Below, piece after piece: positions 1 through 13,400 of a stretch of 64,000 nucleotides of DNA (its first letter is position 1; every line of letters begins with the position of its first letter). A program made the position numbers and the translations under genes. Origin of the DNA: Ophelia neglecta (lineage: Eukaryota); contig OZ260666.1 of NCBI GenBank assembly GCA_965285935.1, positions 50,902,001-50,966,000 on the forward strand. The letters are read 5' to 3'. The notes beneath the pieces are model-generated. The model saw only the letters and a list, made by a program, of their open reading frames with translations, had not been told where the DNA came from and did not search any database.

Positions 1-1689
1 GAATGTGTAGATAGTAAAAATATGGCCCCAGGAAATATTGGAGTTTTGTTTGGAAGTTTATACTTTCTGTCTTTCCTATATGTAAAGACAACTTATTAAC
101 AAAAAGCCATATTTTCACACTGTCTAGATTAAAACTTAGCAGTCAAGGCGTCTTATTTACAAACCTTGACGTCACTGAAGCTCTGGACAATCTGGCTTCA
201 TCCTGACCTGGACCCAGCCATCTCACATGGCAGAATAATCTGCTGCCGGAGTTTACTTGACTAATGTTCAACCCCTTGTTTCTTCCAGAAGTTTCAGGAA
301 CAGCCAACGCGAGAATGCGCAGGAACCATAGAGTAGGCCTATATCAGGGAGTTATTTGCCCACTTTGATTTCCCTCTTGTGGACCTAGTGCAGCTGATCT
401 TGATAGGAGCCGTTTTCTGCCTCCATGCCATCGAAGACAAGAGCAAAGAAGCGCAGGCCATTGTACCAAGAAAGGCAAGATTATGATTGGGAACATTTTA
501 ATGGTAATAATACTCAAGAGAATCGTCCGAGGCGTGCAGACCAAAGGGTTGAAAACTAAAACTCTAATGGACATTTAGATGAGACCTTGCATCAAGCCGT
601 TTGAATATTATATATATATATCGAAATAATCATTGGTACGTCTCCCAATCATAAACCAAATCAAATGATTACCCCCCCCCCCCCCCAATGACGATGCAGC
701 TGAAAATACCTTTCAAGTTGATACTGAAATATTGAATGATTATGATCAACCATGAACTATCTTTCTCGAGGTTTTGACGTAAAATAAACCAGAGTGGCAA
801 CTGTTCCACCCTAGAGAAATTAAACTATGTAAAATTATAAATCAAGAACTTAAAAAAATTGTTGAGTGGCTATATGTGCAAACAAGCTCTACCTAAATGA
901 TATAAATGAAGGTATTGTTAATCCAAGTGTTTAAAGGATACTTAAAAGTTAATGCGCGGGTCTGTGTCTTACAAGTATTGGTTTTGGACCTTTGTGTAAC
1001 TTTTGTGGAAAGAAATTTGTTTTCAACTTATTGTCCCGGCGTTCAGTGTTTATCTGTGATATGTTTGTCGACCGTAAAATGTCTTATTTATTGATTGGAG
1101 GTAAATATTAGTTCAGGGCAATAGGCCTAGTTGCTAAAAAAGACGCAGGCCTAATCCTATGTGACGGTGCTGGTGATTCTAAGTTTTAATGAACTTCCTA
1201 AGGGGTCTAGCCACACCTAGCCCTATATGCCTATTTTAACGCACCAAAATAACTAAACGTATGTCCTAGGACTTAATGGCTACCCCGAGAGGCTAGGCTT
1301 ACCCCCATGAGGATTGCGCTCTCTTGAACATTTAACGGCAGACTATGGAAATTGAGAATCTGAAAAAGATCCAGAGTGTGTAGGCCTACGCACGGACCCT
1401 AAACTTCTTACGACTCGACGCCGGGCTATGAAAGCCTCCTACTGGGCCTGGCACCTAACTCCTAACTAGGAAAATACGGCGTGCACAAACATCGTCTATC
1501 GACCGATATGGAGAAAAAAATTACCAGCATGCGGATCCAAATCATTAGACAAGAGTTCCAAAGCATCCACGCAACCTAGCAGGGAAGCGAAGTTAAATGA
1601 CTCATTGCTGGTTAACCATGACCTGCCAATCTCTCAAAGAATGGCTTGTTCTTGCAAAGCAATAACCACACTCTATCCGGCCTACGTCG

Positions 1690-2060
1690 CACTGCACTCT
1701 GACGTCAGGCTATCGATTTTCGGCTGTTGTCTTGGTAACGCAGGCGTCACGTCTGACGCAGGACGCAGGGCATGGCGCGAAAGCAAGCATTAGTTCTCAT
1801 TAAGCAGGTTTAAGCTGCCCGTAAATATCATTGTGCTAGGGCCAGATGATAGTCCGAGTTCCGGATTTTTGTTCCAGCAATGCAAGGCAGTGGCGAAGAA
1901 TTGGTTCGGAATACCGCGGATATGAACCAAATGCGAAGAAACATTAAGAGTGTTACCTATTAATTCTCGACTGAGGGTTTGCTGTCTTAGACCATGCCTC
2001 GTAAGGAAAGCAAGAAACTTTCATGACAGTGACGGTTGTCAGGGTGGATGACGTCAGAGG
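1690..2060. promoter_or_regulatory. CRE-containing CpG-rich element
   Basis: TGACGTCA at 1700 and 2049, plus half sites in GGCGTCACGTCTGACGCA at ~1743-1760. Confidence 0.5.
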
Positions 2061-3285
2061 AAGTGACCCTGGGGAAGTGACTGGTACGTCGAGTGGTTGC
2101 CCCGTGGCCTGTCAGACGGGAGGTCGAGATCTTGCCGGAGAGGATGGATGTCTGGAGGTACAGGGAGGTCCGTGGGGCTGCCTCCTCGCTAATTGTCCCG
2201 GGGAAACAGGGGTACCACCTCACACTCACAGGACCCTGTAGTGGGAAGCACCGTATGACTCCCTAGACCTGGCCTATTGCATCTGAGCAGAGTCCCCTTA
2301 TTACTCTGTTACTACAGCATCGTGGACAAATGGGATACAATGAACACCACAAAGGTATTTTTTTTCTTATAGGCATAACCGATAGTATAAAATTGGGCTA
2401 TGTTAAGGCAAACCCATTTCATCTCACCAAAACCTACATTTTATATGACATTCCAGAGTAGTTAAAACGAATGAGGCCTAGGCCTATGACAATTCAGGAA
2501 GAGTCTTTTGTCATAAACATTTAATTTTACTGTGTAATGTGCTAGGCAGTTTGTAATCAGACAATACAGTTAACAGATAGAATACCCATTGACTGTACGG
2601 AGAAGTAGGCTTTATGTTCCGACATGATCAATCCGAGTGTTCTCTGTAGCAGGCTCGGGTTATTGTGAATAGCTTTGACCTTCTCGTGTGCTCAAATACC
2701 AGGTAAATGTCAACAACTCATTTATAAGGCTAACCACTAACGCTAAGAATACGTGCAGTTTTACAACCAAGCAAAGAAGGAGATATGGGAACCATGAATA
2801 CACTGTAATGTAACGTTACTCTAACTTATATTGCAAACATGTCGAGTTTTTTGACATTCAGATCGTCAAATGAAATGCCAAGGTCTAAATAAATTAACAG
2901 TGTAAAATGCTAGGAACTCGAGAGAGATCTGACACGGCCTGCACTGTGATACCACTAGATCGGTAGGGCCTACTCGATGTATCATCGGAATAGTATCATT
3001 TAGTCATAAACAAAAACAACACCGTCCTTTTCTGCTTTATTTTTGAGTGTGAAACTATTGATCGTGAAAACCAACAAAAAATATAGCTTAGTATGTTTGG
3101 TATATATGATGTTGAGTCTAGGGTGGTTATTAAAATGGCATTCTGATTCTTATTGTCAAAAACGACAGAATTAAGAATCCGGTCTAAAAAGTTTGGGTTG
3201 AGGCGAGCCTTTTGGTTTGGTCGACTTCATTACTATGTTCAATCATTATTAACTAAGACGTATAAACACGTCGTTATCAGCCCGA

Positions 3286-3302
3286 TGACCTTCGAATGAC
3301 CT
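3286..3302 (-). promoter_or_regulatory. Perfect DR5 nuclear-receptor element (AGGTCA-N5-AGGTCA on the minus strand)
   Basis: + strand reads TGACCT tcgaa TGACCT. Confidence 0.45.
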
Positions 3303-4859
3303 TCAGACGTGTGGTAAACGGTGTTTGGAAAGTTGCTTCCCTAGGTTAGGAGATTTTGCTAAGCCTCCTTACACGTGACAGAAGGGTCATTATCATTCTG
3401 GCGACCTCTTTCCGCGGCATATTCTACTATATTAATTATTAGGATTATACAATCCGAATTGTACTTTCTGTGGATGTTCCCCCGTGGTCGTATTGCTGAG
3501 TATTATTACGTAATAACAAGTGCCCATTTTGATTGGTCCTTGCTCCGAGTATGAATGGAGATGGTCTTAATACTAGATCTACTACTCTTTGACTCTATCT
3601 CCCGGTGTCATTTGGCAAGTAAACGCAAAAAAGTGCAAACCATTACAGCTACAGCGTTTGAACAACGTTGTTTTCTACCATGTGACCTCGGGTCGGCGTT
3701 TGATTCGCTTTTTAAACAGTTGATTGATGCTATCTTGAAGGAAGGCTGAGCTGATTTGACTTGACTGATTGACGTTAATATTATCAATGATTGCTAAAAG
3801 TGAATGGATTCCGGGCATTTTCGTTGATCTGTAGGTTTGTGTCAAGGTATTTCATGATGAAGGCGGTCATAGCATTCTGATACAAGGCCATTGTAATGTA
3901 TAGGTGCCATTTCAAGAAGCATCATCATGACGGCGACCATATATTTGGAGGCCATCTCACGCTGAAGAAGTTTTTGCTGCATTCAGTGACATTTACCGGT
4001 GATTCCTGCCAAATGCCAAGCGGCGTATATCCGTTTTTATTGGCTCGGGCTGTTTCCAGCGTCTAGTTTCAAGCAAATGTCACTTAAACAAAGGTCGGGC
4101 GATAACCGGGAGTGATTATAGTTCTGCCGCTTTGGGGGGCGGTGGGGGGGGGGGTTGTAGCGATGTGGTCACACACAAGTGGCAAGGGACCCCGTTCACC
4201 ACGGGGTTACCCGTTATTATCTATAGTCGTATGTCGACCAAATACAACAACAATTAATGTAAAAAGCTTCTTATCTTTAGTGGATGCGATTTCTCTAGCG
4301 CCGATGTACAAACGGACTCAATTCATGCAGATGAGTCTATGTACATGCTGCGCGGGTGTTACCTAAATGACTTCGCTGCCTTAAAACCCCCACAGACGAA
4401 ATACCGGTGCAATATCTATTTTTTCCACGTGAGGGTTCACACGTGTTGATCTGCGAAATGTCACGGTGGTTAGAGTGGGACTGGTAAACAGTGCCTGACA
4501 TTTAGATGTTGTGTTTGTCCGGATGAGATGAGTAGGATACGTCAGATCTATCGACTTATTCCCGCTCTAAACGCCCCTGGTCCCGCTCATGTTGGTGTAG
4601 TGGAGAATGGCCGGGGATGCTTACAGTCACGTCAACACGAGGGGATCAAAGCCCTTATCCTCAGAGCTCGTTTGTCATGGAGTTACGTTCAATAACACAG
4701 CTCCTAATGTACGATTTAAAAAGGAAAACACCTCTCTGGGATATGGTTTTTAGGATCTTAAAGTGGCATGTATATTAGGGATACATATTCTTACCAGTGG
4801 GATTATTCCACTCTGTTGATGATTTGCTCTCGACCAAGAGGGTTTTGTAGGATTTTGTC

Positions 4860-4910
4860 ATGGCTGAGAACATGTTTTCGGACACCAGTGACCCGGGTGA
4901 GCTTCTGATG
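4860..4910 (+). CDS. Candidate distal alternative first exon (MAENMFSDTSDP/GELLM)
   Basis: gtcATGG Kozak; donors CGG|gtgagc (4897, phase 1) and ATG|gtaagt (4911, phase 0). The link to NR4A is inferred only. Confidence 0.3.
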
Positions 4911-5753
4911 GTAAGTTTCTTTCCTGTACGTGAGACGAAATATTAGGACTATAGCCTTAAAATAGGCGTGGACTTGGTAGAATCAACTGATTGCATTGAA
5001 ACATTACATCTCTCATGACAATGTTGCAGAGCGATCCATAAAGGGGGGAGGGGTAGGGGCACGGGCGGTTGGGACTCATTTTCCGTCCGAATTGACCACG
5101 GGAAAACTATAGAGTATTGTCGGATCCAGACCATGTTACTGGAGGAGGCATCTATACTCATACTCACAATGATTACTGCCCCCCCCCCCCCCCGTCACTC
5201 GAACCCATTTAAAATATTGAACCCATTGTTCTTTCAGATTACTGGTTTATGATTTTTATGGGTTGAATATTCCATTCGGATAATCTAACACATATGTACC
5301 AGTGGCGATTGCTCCAATAGTGCCATGTATTTTATGAACTTTGAATATCCAATTGTTCTGGGAATTGAATTTATACGGGCGTTATATAATCCGCTGTCTT
5401 ACAACCGATAACCTTTCTGTTTGCCACATGTTCGTCTAACTGGCAGGAGGAACGCTTTGACATCTGCTTTTTCAGGTTTTAAAATGAACACTCTATGTTT
5501 TGTGTTTGAATTCGAGTGGCATGAGCTGTGCCAGGCAGCGACCTGCTTGATAATTAACGTAAAATGTCAAAGGGTCCCGGTGCAAGTGGCGAGTCTTGTT
5601 AGCTCCACTGCCCCTATAGATGTGGAAACCATTGACATTTGCCCAGAGAAAAGTGTCTCCCAGTTGACTTCTCACCTTACCTAACCGCATCGCATTAGTT
5701 TTGTAGCATCTTGTAGTCATATTGACCAGAGTAAATAGACGACATTGATCTTT

Positions 5754-7575
5754 CAGCACAGTGACTGGCCTTCAGTGCCAGTCGTGGGCCAGCTCAAGCC
5801 CAGTGACTGCCTTCAGTGCCAGTCGTAGGCCAGCTCAAGCCCAGTGACTGCCTTCAGTGCCAGTCGCGGGCCAGCTCAGCACAGTGATTGCTTTCAGTGC
5901 CAGTCGTGGGCCAGCTCAGCACAGTGACTGCCTTCCGTGCCAGTCATGGGACAGCTCAGCACAGTGACTGCCTTCAGTGCCAGTCGTTGGCCAGCTCTGC
6001 ACAGTGACTGCCTTCAGTGCCAGTCATGGGCCAGCTCAGCACAGTGACTGCCTTCAGTGCCAGTCGTGGGCCAGCTCAGCACAGTGACTGCCTTCAGTGC
6101 CAGTCGTTGGCCAGCTCAGCACAGTGACTGCCTGCAGTGCCAGTCGTGGGCTAGCTCAAGCACAGTGACTGCCTTCAGTGCCAGTCGCGAGCCAGCTCAG
6201 CACAGTGACTGCCTTCAGTGCCAGTCGTGGGCCAGCTCAGCACAGTAACTGCCTTCAGTGCCAGTCATGGCCCTGCTCCTCACAGTGACTGCCTTCTGTG
6301 CCAGTCGTGGGCCAGCTCAGAACAGTGACTGCCTACAGTGCCAATCGTGGGCCAGCTCAGCAGCGTGACTGCCTTCAGTGCCAGTCGTTGGCCAGCCCCT
6401 TACAGTGACTGCCTACATTGCCAGTCGGCGGCCAGCTCAGCACAGTGACTGCCTTCTGTGCCAGTCATGGGCCAGTTCAGCACAGTGACTGCCACAGTGC
6501 CAGTCGTGGGCCAGCTCTGCACAGTGACCGCCTTCTGTGTAAGTCATGGGACAGCTCGGTACAGTGACTGCCACAGTGCCAGTCGTGGGCCAGCTCAGCA
6601 CAGATACTGCCTTCAGTGCCAGTTTCGGGCCAGCTCAGCACAGTGCCTGCCTACAAAGCCAGTCGCGGGCCAGCCTAGCACTCGGACTGGCCTCGAGAGC
6701 CAGTCGTGGGCCAGCTCAGCAGAGTTACTGCCATCTGTGCAAGTCGTGAGCCAGGTCAGCACAGTAACTGCCTTTAGTGCCAGTTGTGGGCCAGCTCAGC
6801 ACAGTGACTGCCTACAAAGCCAGTCGCGGGCCAGCTTAACACACGGACTGGCCTGGAGAGCCAGTCGTGGGCCAGGTCAGCACAGTAACTGCCTTTAGTG
6901 CCAGTTTAGGGCCGGCTCAGCACAGTGACTGCCTACAAAGCCAGTCGCGGGCCAGCTTAGCACACGGACTGGCCTCGAGAGCCAGTCGTGGGCCAGCTCT
7001 GCACAGTGACTGCCTTCTGTGCAAGTCGTGAGCCAGGTCAGCACAGTGACTGCCTTCCGTGCCAATCAAGGGCCAGCTCAGCACAGTGACTGCCTACAGT
7101 GCCCCTGACAGTGCCAGTCGTGGACCAGCTCAGCACAGTAACTGCCTACAAAGCCAGTCGCGGGCCAGCTTAGCACAGTAACTGCCTTCTGTGCCAGTCG
7201 TGGGCCAACTCAGCAAAGTGACTGCCTTCACTGCCAGTCATGGTCCAGCTCAGCACAGTGACTGCCTACAGAGCTAGTCGTTGGCCAGCTCAGCACAGTG
7301 ACTGGCCTCGAGAGCCAGTTGTGGGCCAGCTCAGCACAGTGACTGGCCTCGAGAGCCAGTTGTGGGTCAGCTCAGCACAGAGTCTAGCCTCGAGAGCCAG
7401 TGGTGGGCCAGCTCAGTACAATGACTGCCTACAGAGCTAGTCGTTGGCCAGCTCAGCACAGTGACTGGCCTCGAGAGCCAGTTGTGGGCCAGCTCAGCAC
7501 AGTGATTGGCCTCGAGAGCCAGTCGTGGTCCAGCTCAGCACAGTGACTGGCCTCGAGAGCCAGTCGTGGGCCAGC
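5754..7575. repeat. 40-bp tandem satellite, ~45 copies (CAGCACAGTGACTGCCTTCAGTGCCAGTCGTGGGCCAGCT)
   Basis: Direct period of 40-41 nt; the ORFs here are repeat translations. Confidence 0.97.
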
Positions 7576-8578
7576 CACTAATTCAGAATATAGTTCTGAA
7601 GACACATTCGAGTCTTATCGAAGTCGTCGTACCGGGAGATTGTTTCCTCGTTTCATTTTTAGTTGCAGCAACCTTCAGTATGTGAAGACAGCGATACTAA
7701 CAGTGATTTGAAAGCCATTCGATAGTGTCTTCATCCTTTTTTTGTAAATGAACCCACTTATGTTTTTTTTCTCATGTCGATACCAGCAGTTTTTTTTTAT
7801 CATTATGGAAAGTAGTGTTTATGGACTAGCAACTGCTCTTGGCTTCAGAAACATAAAACAGAAAATGGTAAAGAGTAGTGTGAAATACACGTATTAATGC
7901 CAACCGAGAATGAAGTTAGTAGTGTGGAATGTTTTCTCGTGGCGTAAGAGAAGTGAGCGCAGTTCATTGGTGGATCACTACTCCAACAGATCCGCCGGTC
8001 TACGCAATGTGTTACTACCAAAATACTTCCAGAAATATTCACCAGACGGCGAAACCGGACTTGCATGCGACACTTAGTAGGTGATTTGGTTACCTATCAG
8101 CAGTGGTTAAGAATTGCAAAGTGCTCATTTGATAAAGTCTATTGTTTTAAGTTTTGGTTCCTTACCTAGAAATTTTGATTTTAACTGGGCATATATGATA
8201 TTAAAATATTGGCTCCAAGGTTGTGACAGTGTAAATCCTTCTCATTCAAAATATTCAAGCTCTTTTCTATTCAACTACATATACCGGTATATATATTCTT
8301 ACTCCTTAATGGCCTTAATCTTAAAAAGTCGAGTCCATATTCAGTGTCACCCATATATTACAACGATGAAACAAACATTGTTACTTTTCAATGCCATTTT
8401 TCATGACTTGTTTGAGGGGTTTCTCTTTGTTGTTGAGCTTATGACTGATGGCTGATTCGATCTTCTTCCGTTCGACTCTCGGTATTATCCTTCTTTTGCG
8501 TAACTGAATGCTAATGTAGGCAGAAATAGCCTCTGGCGTGGTTTTCCTTGTATTTTGAATGTAGTGTTTCCGCAGTGG

Positions 8579-9170
8579 TGACGTCATAGGCCATGGAAGC
8601 TATTCCTGACTATAAAGGCTGATGGAGAATGCCCTCAATGAGGCTTAAGGCTGAGACAATTCCTCATTCAGTCTGCCGGGGGTTCCATTGTAGATTTCCT
8701 CGAACTATTTTGTCGGCTATGACGTAGAAGGCGACTGGGAAGACCCCGCAGTGCGTATGACGTCAATCCGGTCGGTAAATAGGTATTCCTCCCTGTGCCG
8801 GGAAGTGAAGAGATGAGCTGCGATTAAAGCGGCTCCTACTGTTTCCACCTACGTAATAGGCTACGTCAATTCCTGGCGCTAGTGCTTCCCTCGGTCTATA
8901 AATACCCTCCCGGGCGTCAAAGGCAATCCCAATGACGTCGCAAGATGGCGTCAAATCCAGGCATAGGCATCAGGGTATGACGCCAGATGAAACACTTTTA
9001 GCTCATTTCACCTGTACAACAGACGCGTGACGTCACTCAATCGATCAAGCTTTCCCGGCTTGGGTTATTTTAGGCGCAGGTTGAGAGGGATTCTCCTTGT
9101 GTGCTTGCTGCCTGACGACAGCGAATTGAGGCAGTGGTTGTCCGCTCAGGTGGCTCAGAGTGTGAGTCAG
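8579..9170. promoter_or_regulatory. Dense CRE cluster (promoter or enhancer)
   Basis: TGACGTCA at 8579, 8758, 9028; CGTCA/TGACG half sites at 8720, 8864, 8915, 8933, 8949, 8978, 9113; TATAAATA 8897; AP-1 TGAGTCA 9163. Confidence 0.75.
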
Positions 9171-9401
9171 TCTGCTGCCGGCAGTAATCAGCGGGCTGAC
9201 TCTCTGAGGATCGCAGGCGGACTCGATAAACATACATCGGGCACCTGACAAAATAAAACAACTATGGGAGCGCTCTCGGGCTGATCAACTCCAAAAACTA
9301 GGTCATCCTTTGTCTGACTGGGCCGATTGTAGGTCAGCCCCGAGTGTATTGTTCAACAATGTAATACGACCTAGCCAGGCTTCCCGAACTGCTTCCGTGA
9401 A

Positions 9402-9433
<32 letters not shown>

Positions 9434-12400
9434 CTTGTATATGTCGAGTGTTTAGTTGGGAATAATTAAGTTCCTGCGGTGCCCTTTAACACCACAACTC
9501 AAAAAGATTTCCAGGGCATATAGGGTATCTAGAGAGCTAGGACCCTGGAATTTGTGGGTGGTAATTGTTGTGGGAATGTTTACCTTTCGTGTAATTTTCT
9601 GATGCTCAGCAGGTGAGCCCCGGAAGGCAACTTTCTCTATTGAATTTAATTTGTATGGAGCTTGGTACTTATATCTAACACTGAGTTCTTCGTAGTCTTC
9701 GCCAATGGCATCAGGCATTGAGATCACATTTCTCAGCTGGTATAGATGCACAATTACTCAAATTGATGGTAAACTTATCAGTTCTTGGGCCAATAATGAT
9801 GACACCTTGAGTGGTTCTAAGGTTCTCCGCCTATATATATCTATATGTCTGACATATTGGCGGTTTCATTTTGTCATTCCAATGGCCTAGAAAATCAGTA
9901 TTTTCGCCATTTGCCTATTCTGTTTACAGATATATTTTATTAAGGGCGTGAAGTTAATGTTCAACATGGGTTTGTCAAGTTCTGTATATATCATTTTAAT
10001 GGCTTATCGTGCATTCTAATTTATTACTATCTTGCAACAATATATGCCATATATTTAAAATATTACATTCTGGTGTCTGATTTGAGGGTTTTACCATTTT
10101 ATTGCGTGTGTATAATGGTACGATGATGTATTGGAGCCAAACTGCCAAACCCACCTGCCGTGTCGAACAATTAACACAGCATCATCAGACTATAGATATG
10201 GTAATCCCGGTCCTAAGGAAATTTACTAGTGTCACATTTGGCAGAAAAACGAATTCATTCATATCATTAACATGATACCATCAGTCAATAACAATGCGTT
10301 GTGTTACGAGGGGGGGGGGGGGGGGGGATAAAAGCTTTTTGGTAACTTGGTAGGCCTATAATACAGTAATGAAACAGGTTGCAATTATCTTCCTGGATAA
10401 GGACGTTTGAAACTTTGATGAGGCAAAGATTCATTTTTTGGTGAAAAATGATACACCAATAAATGAGTATAACAGCAAGAAATGTTGTCAAGGCGGAAGT
10501 AGAACCGTTTCATCAATGGCTTGAAGAAGAAACTGTCGTAGTTCTATCAGATTGGGTACATTACTTTAACTTAAGGCCTAAAATTGGGAGTTCATTTATT
10601 AATAGCAGGGTGGAAACAACAGCGATAGCTTTCGGTGCATGTTGTAGACGTTGTGCCAGTTAAACTTATCATTCTCGGATTGATTTCAGGGAGAAGCTAG
10701 TGACCAAGGGTGTCGTTATGGATGTGATAGCAGAGCTCGGAGCTCCAGCAGAGATGTAACAGTCTGTATTAATCCGGACCAGTCGCTCTATATGAGAGGT
10801 GAGAGCTAAGCTTCGGCCGGGATGTATGGGTCTATATTAACCCGGCCCGGTGGCTCGCCACTCGGTTTATCAGATGATCTCGACCGTAGGCCTGTTGTCT
10901 GTAGAGCGATACGCTGACGGACGTTTGAGTGGTTGTGCCTCCCTAGCCCATATCATACGCCGGCAGGGGGCGGGAGAGGAGCCGACGGGCCACTTGCTGG
11001 GCATTTGGACTCCGACCCTGGACATGCGATCCGCACGGTACCCTGTGCCTTAATGCTAATCCATCACGCCGTAGGAGGTAGACAGACAGCCCTTGACAGG
11101 GATGCTGGGCCGCCGCCGACCGTCCGCCGGGGGGGAGGAGCCACTCTCTCGACGTCAGACAAACCGTCCTCCCTCCGGACGTCAGCGGGTGATGATAGAG
11201 TGGAACTGGCGGGTGATATACGGACACCGGCCACCTGGACTAACTTCAAAGGAATACCAATACCTCAACGCTGATATGGGCGATACAGCCCCCTCCAACA
11301 CTACAAGGCTTGTATACGACTTCAAGCAAGTGTTCAATGATATTGTGAACGTCAGTGTAGACCCCTGCGCAACACAAGTTAATAACTCCGCGTTTATCTC
11401 ATAGATAATAAATGGTTGCTAACTAAGAAAATGCAAAAAAAAAAAAAAAAGGAAAAACTACGAGAGCATGCCCAAAGAATTCTTGGAAATAAACGATTCT
11501 AATAGCTACACGTAAATTCAAAGCGGAGAAGTATAAAACCACAAGGCGTTCTCAGGTTTCGAATTATTGAATTGGACAACTGTCCACAATCTTTGCGTAT
11601 AAATACTTATTTTGTTGAATTTGACATTATCACCTGGATCATGTTTAAACATTTAAATTGGACTTATTGTGATTTCGAAAACACAGCATTCGGCGTGAGT
11701 TTGTCTGGTTTATGTTGAGTCGTGTACTATACTGTGTAACCCATGCCTGGGTGATTCCCCTTCTCCCAGTGTTTGAGTACTGTGTAAAGAAAAGCCTACC
11801 TGAGATCAGACTCGGAGCGCACATGACCTGCGGGGGGAGCTCCTTGGTGTGAGGGGCGGCAGGCGGTGTGTACGTGTTGGATTACAAACATTGTGGTCAT
11901 TCCTCTGTCCGTATCTATTACTGCTGGGATATTCCGACTTTTCTCTTTATGTAGTGAACGTTTCTCGGTCTATTATCTCGATGGCTACCCTACACTGCCC
12001 GTATCTCACCAAGAATACCCCACAAGTTCTCCAGCCCGTCTACACCATCACCTTACCAATTAGCTCCATCTCAGTGACTACCACCTCTTATCAGCTGACG
12101 AAGTTTTCAGTGCTTTAGAGGATGTACAGTGATATCGGACTATCATGGATATGTGCAAGAACTCGCATATTATCCCTTATTCGTGACTTATTCTTTAGGA
12201 GATCCGTACTTTGAGGCATTTAGGCATATTGCCGATAGAAGAAATATAAAGAACTGCCTAGGACTTGCTTATTTAAATATTCACTGGGAAAAACTTATAT
12301 AACATTTGTATTCAAAAATAAATAATAGAATGCACACTGAGCAAAGAGATAATACATGATAGTATTTGTATACCAATAGGTCGTTGGTTATGTGTTGATA

Positions 12401-12824
12401 ATAATACGCTGAAATAGAATTCACCTCCGTTAAATGGGTAAAGCCAATAATACGATGGAACATCGCACCGGACTGGGGCGCTGATAGATTCATTGCCAAA
12501 GCTTGCTGCGCTTTGCTAAGCCAGCTAAATGTGATGAAACCAAGTTATACTATAGTAAACTAATGCTGTTTGCACCTCAAAATTATATCCCTGACTCGCA
12601 AAATTCAGACCAAAGGCAAGTTAATTTGAAAAAGGAAATATAGTCCGCAGCCAACTCGTTAAATTGGACCACTCGCGAGCTCTCTGGATGGGTCTTTTTA
12701 TTGTCTTGTCCTTGAGCCGATTAAGGACAAAGGGGTTTGTAGTTAGGACACAAATGTTGTTTCTACGACACCCGCTCTAACCACCCCCATAATTTGGATA
12801 TTGTGAAACATATCCTTCCAAAGT

Positions 12825-13400
12825 CCTTTCAAAGTTGTATTTTGTACCTGTGACGTATCTAACCTCCTTTAAGTGGTAACTAATCTCTATACAAACTTGT
12901 ATCTTATTCCGGAACTTCAATTAAGTATTTTTACATCCAAGATTGTATGTTTCCCCTCCAAAGTTGTATCTTTTTCCAAAGTTGTAGCATATCACTCCAA
13001 AACTGTACCGTAAAAAGTTATGCCTCCAAAGTTGCGCTTCATTTAACATTAAGGTGTCTTGCACCTTGACAAATGAAAATGATAGATGCAGAAATATTGA
13101 AAATTCCATGAATTGCTGGTTATTTTGAAGATAATTTTTGTCGTGGGCTGGATGGCTAGATGCTATTTTGCCTTGGTCACGAAGGCTGTTTTCAAGGGAC
13201 CAAGGGGTTTGCAATATGAACAATGTATATGCTGTTGCATTGATCTCTGACTCCCGTTCTAAGCCCCCTGAATTTGGTTCTTGTCCTTATAAAGGTGTTC
13301 TTATCTCTCAATACTCTCCATACGCATCATTTACTTCCAAATTTGAATCTTATCGCCAAAGTTATATCCAAGTTGTATTCTATCCTCTCAAAAATGTTTC
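12825..13400. repeat. Degenerate internally repetitive tract (recurring CCAAAGTTGTAT-like units), probably an old transposon relic
   Basis: Multiple AAAGTTGTAT/CAAAGTT copies in 12831-13035 and 13355-13380; no clear termini. Confidence 0.35.

Noticed and set aside
6057-7440. Cys-rich ORFs (HSDCLQCQ)
   Set aside because: Satellite translations, frameshifted by the 40-bp period.
5754-7575. CRISPR-like hairpin array, or RSS array (each unit contains the heptamer CACAGTG)
   Set aside because: No unique spacers or cas genes, and the context is eukaryotic. No ACAAAAACC nonamer at 12 or 23 nt spacing.
10850-11404. Overlapping ORFs in a GC-rich island
   Set aside because: Open frames are explained by GC content; no homology or convincing splice sites. 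Possibly regulatory (GACGTCA at ~11151 and ~11178).
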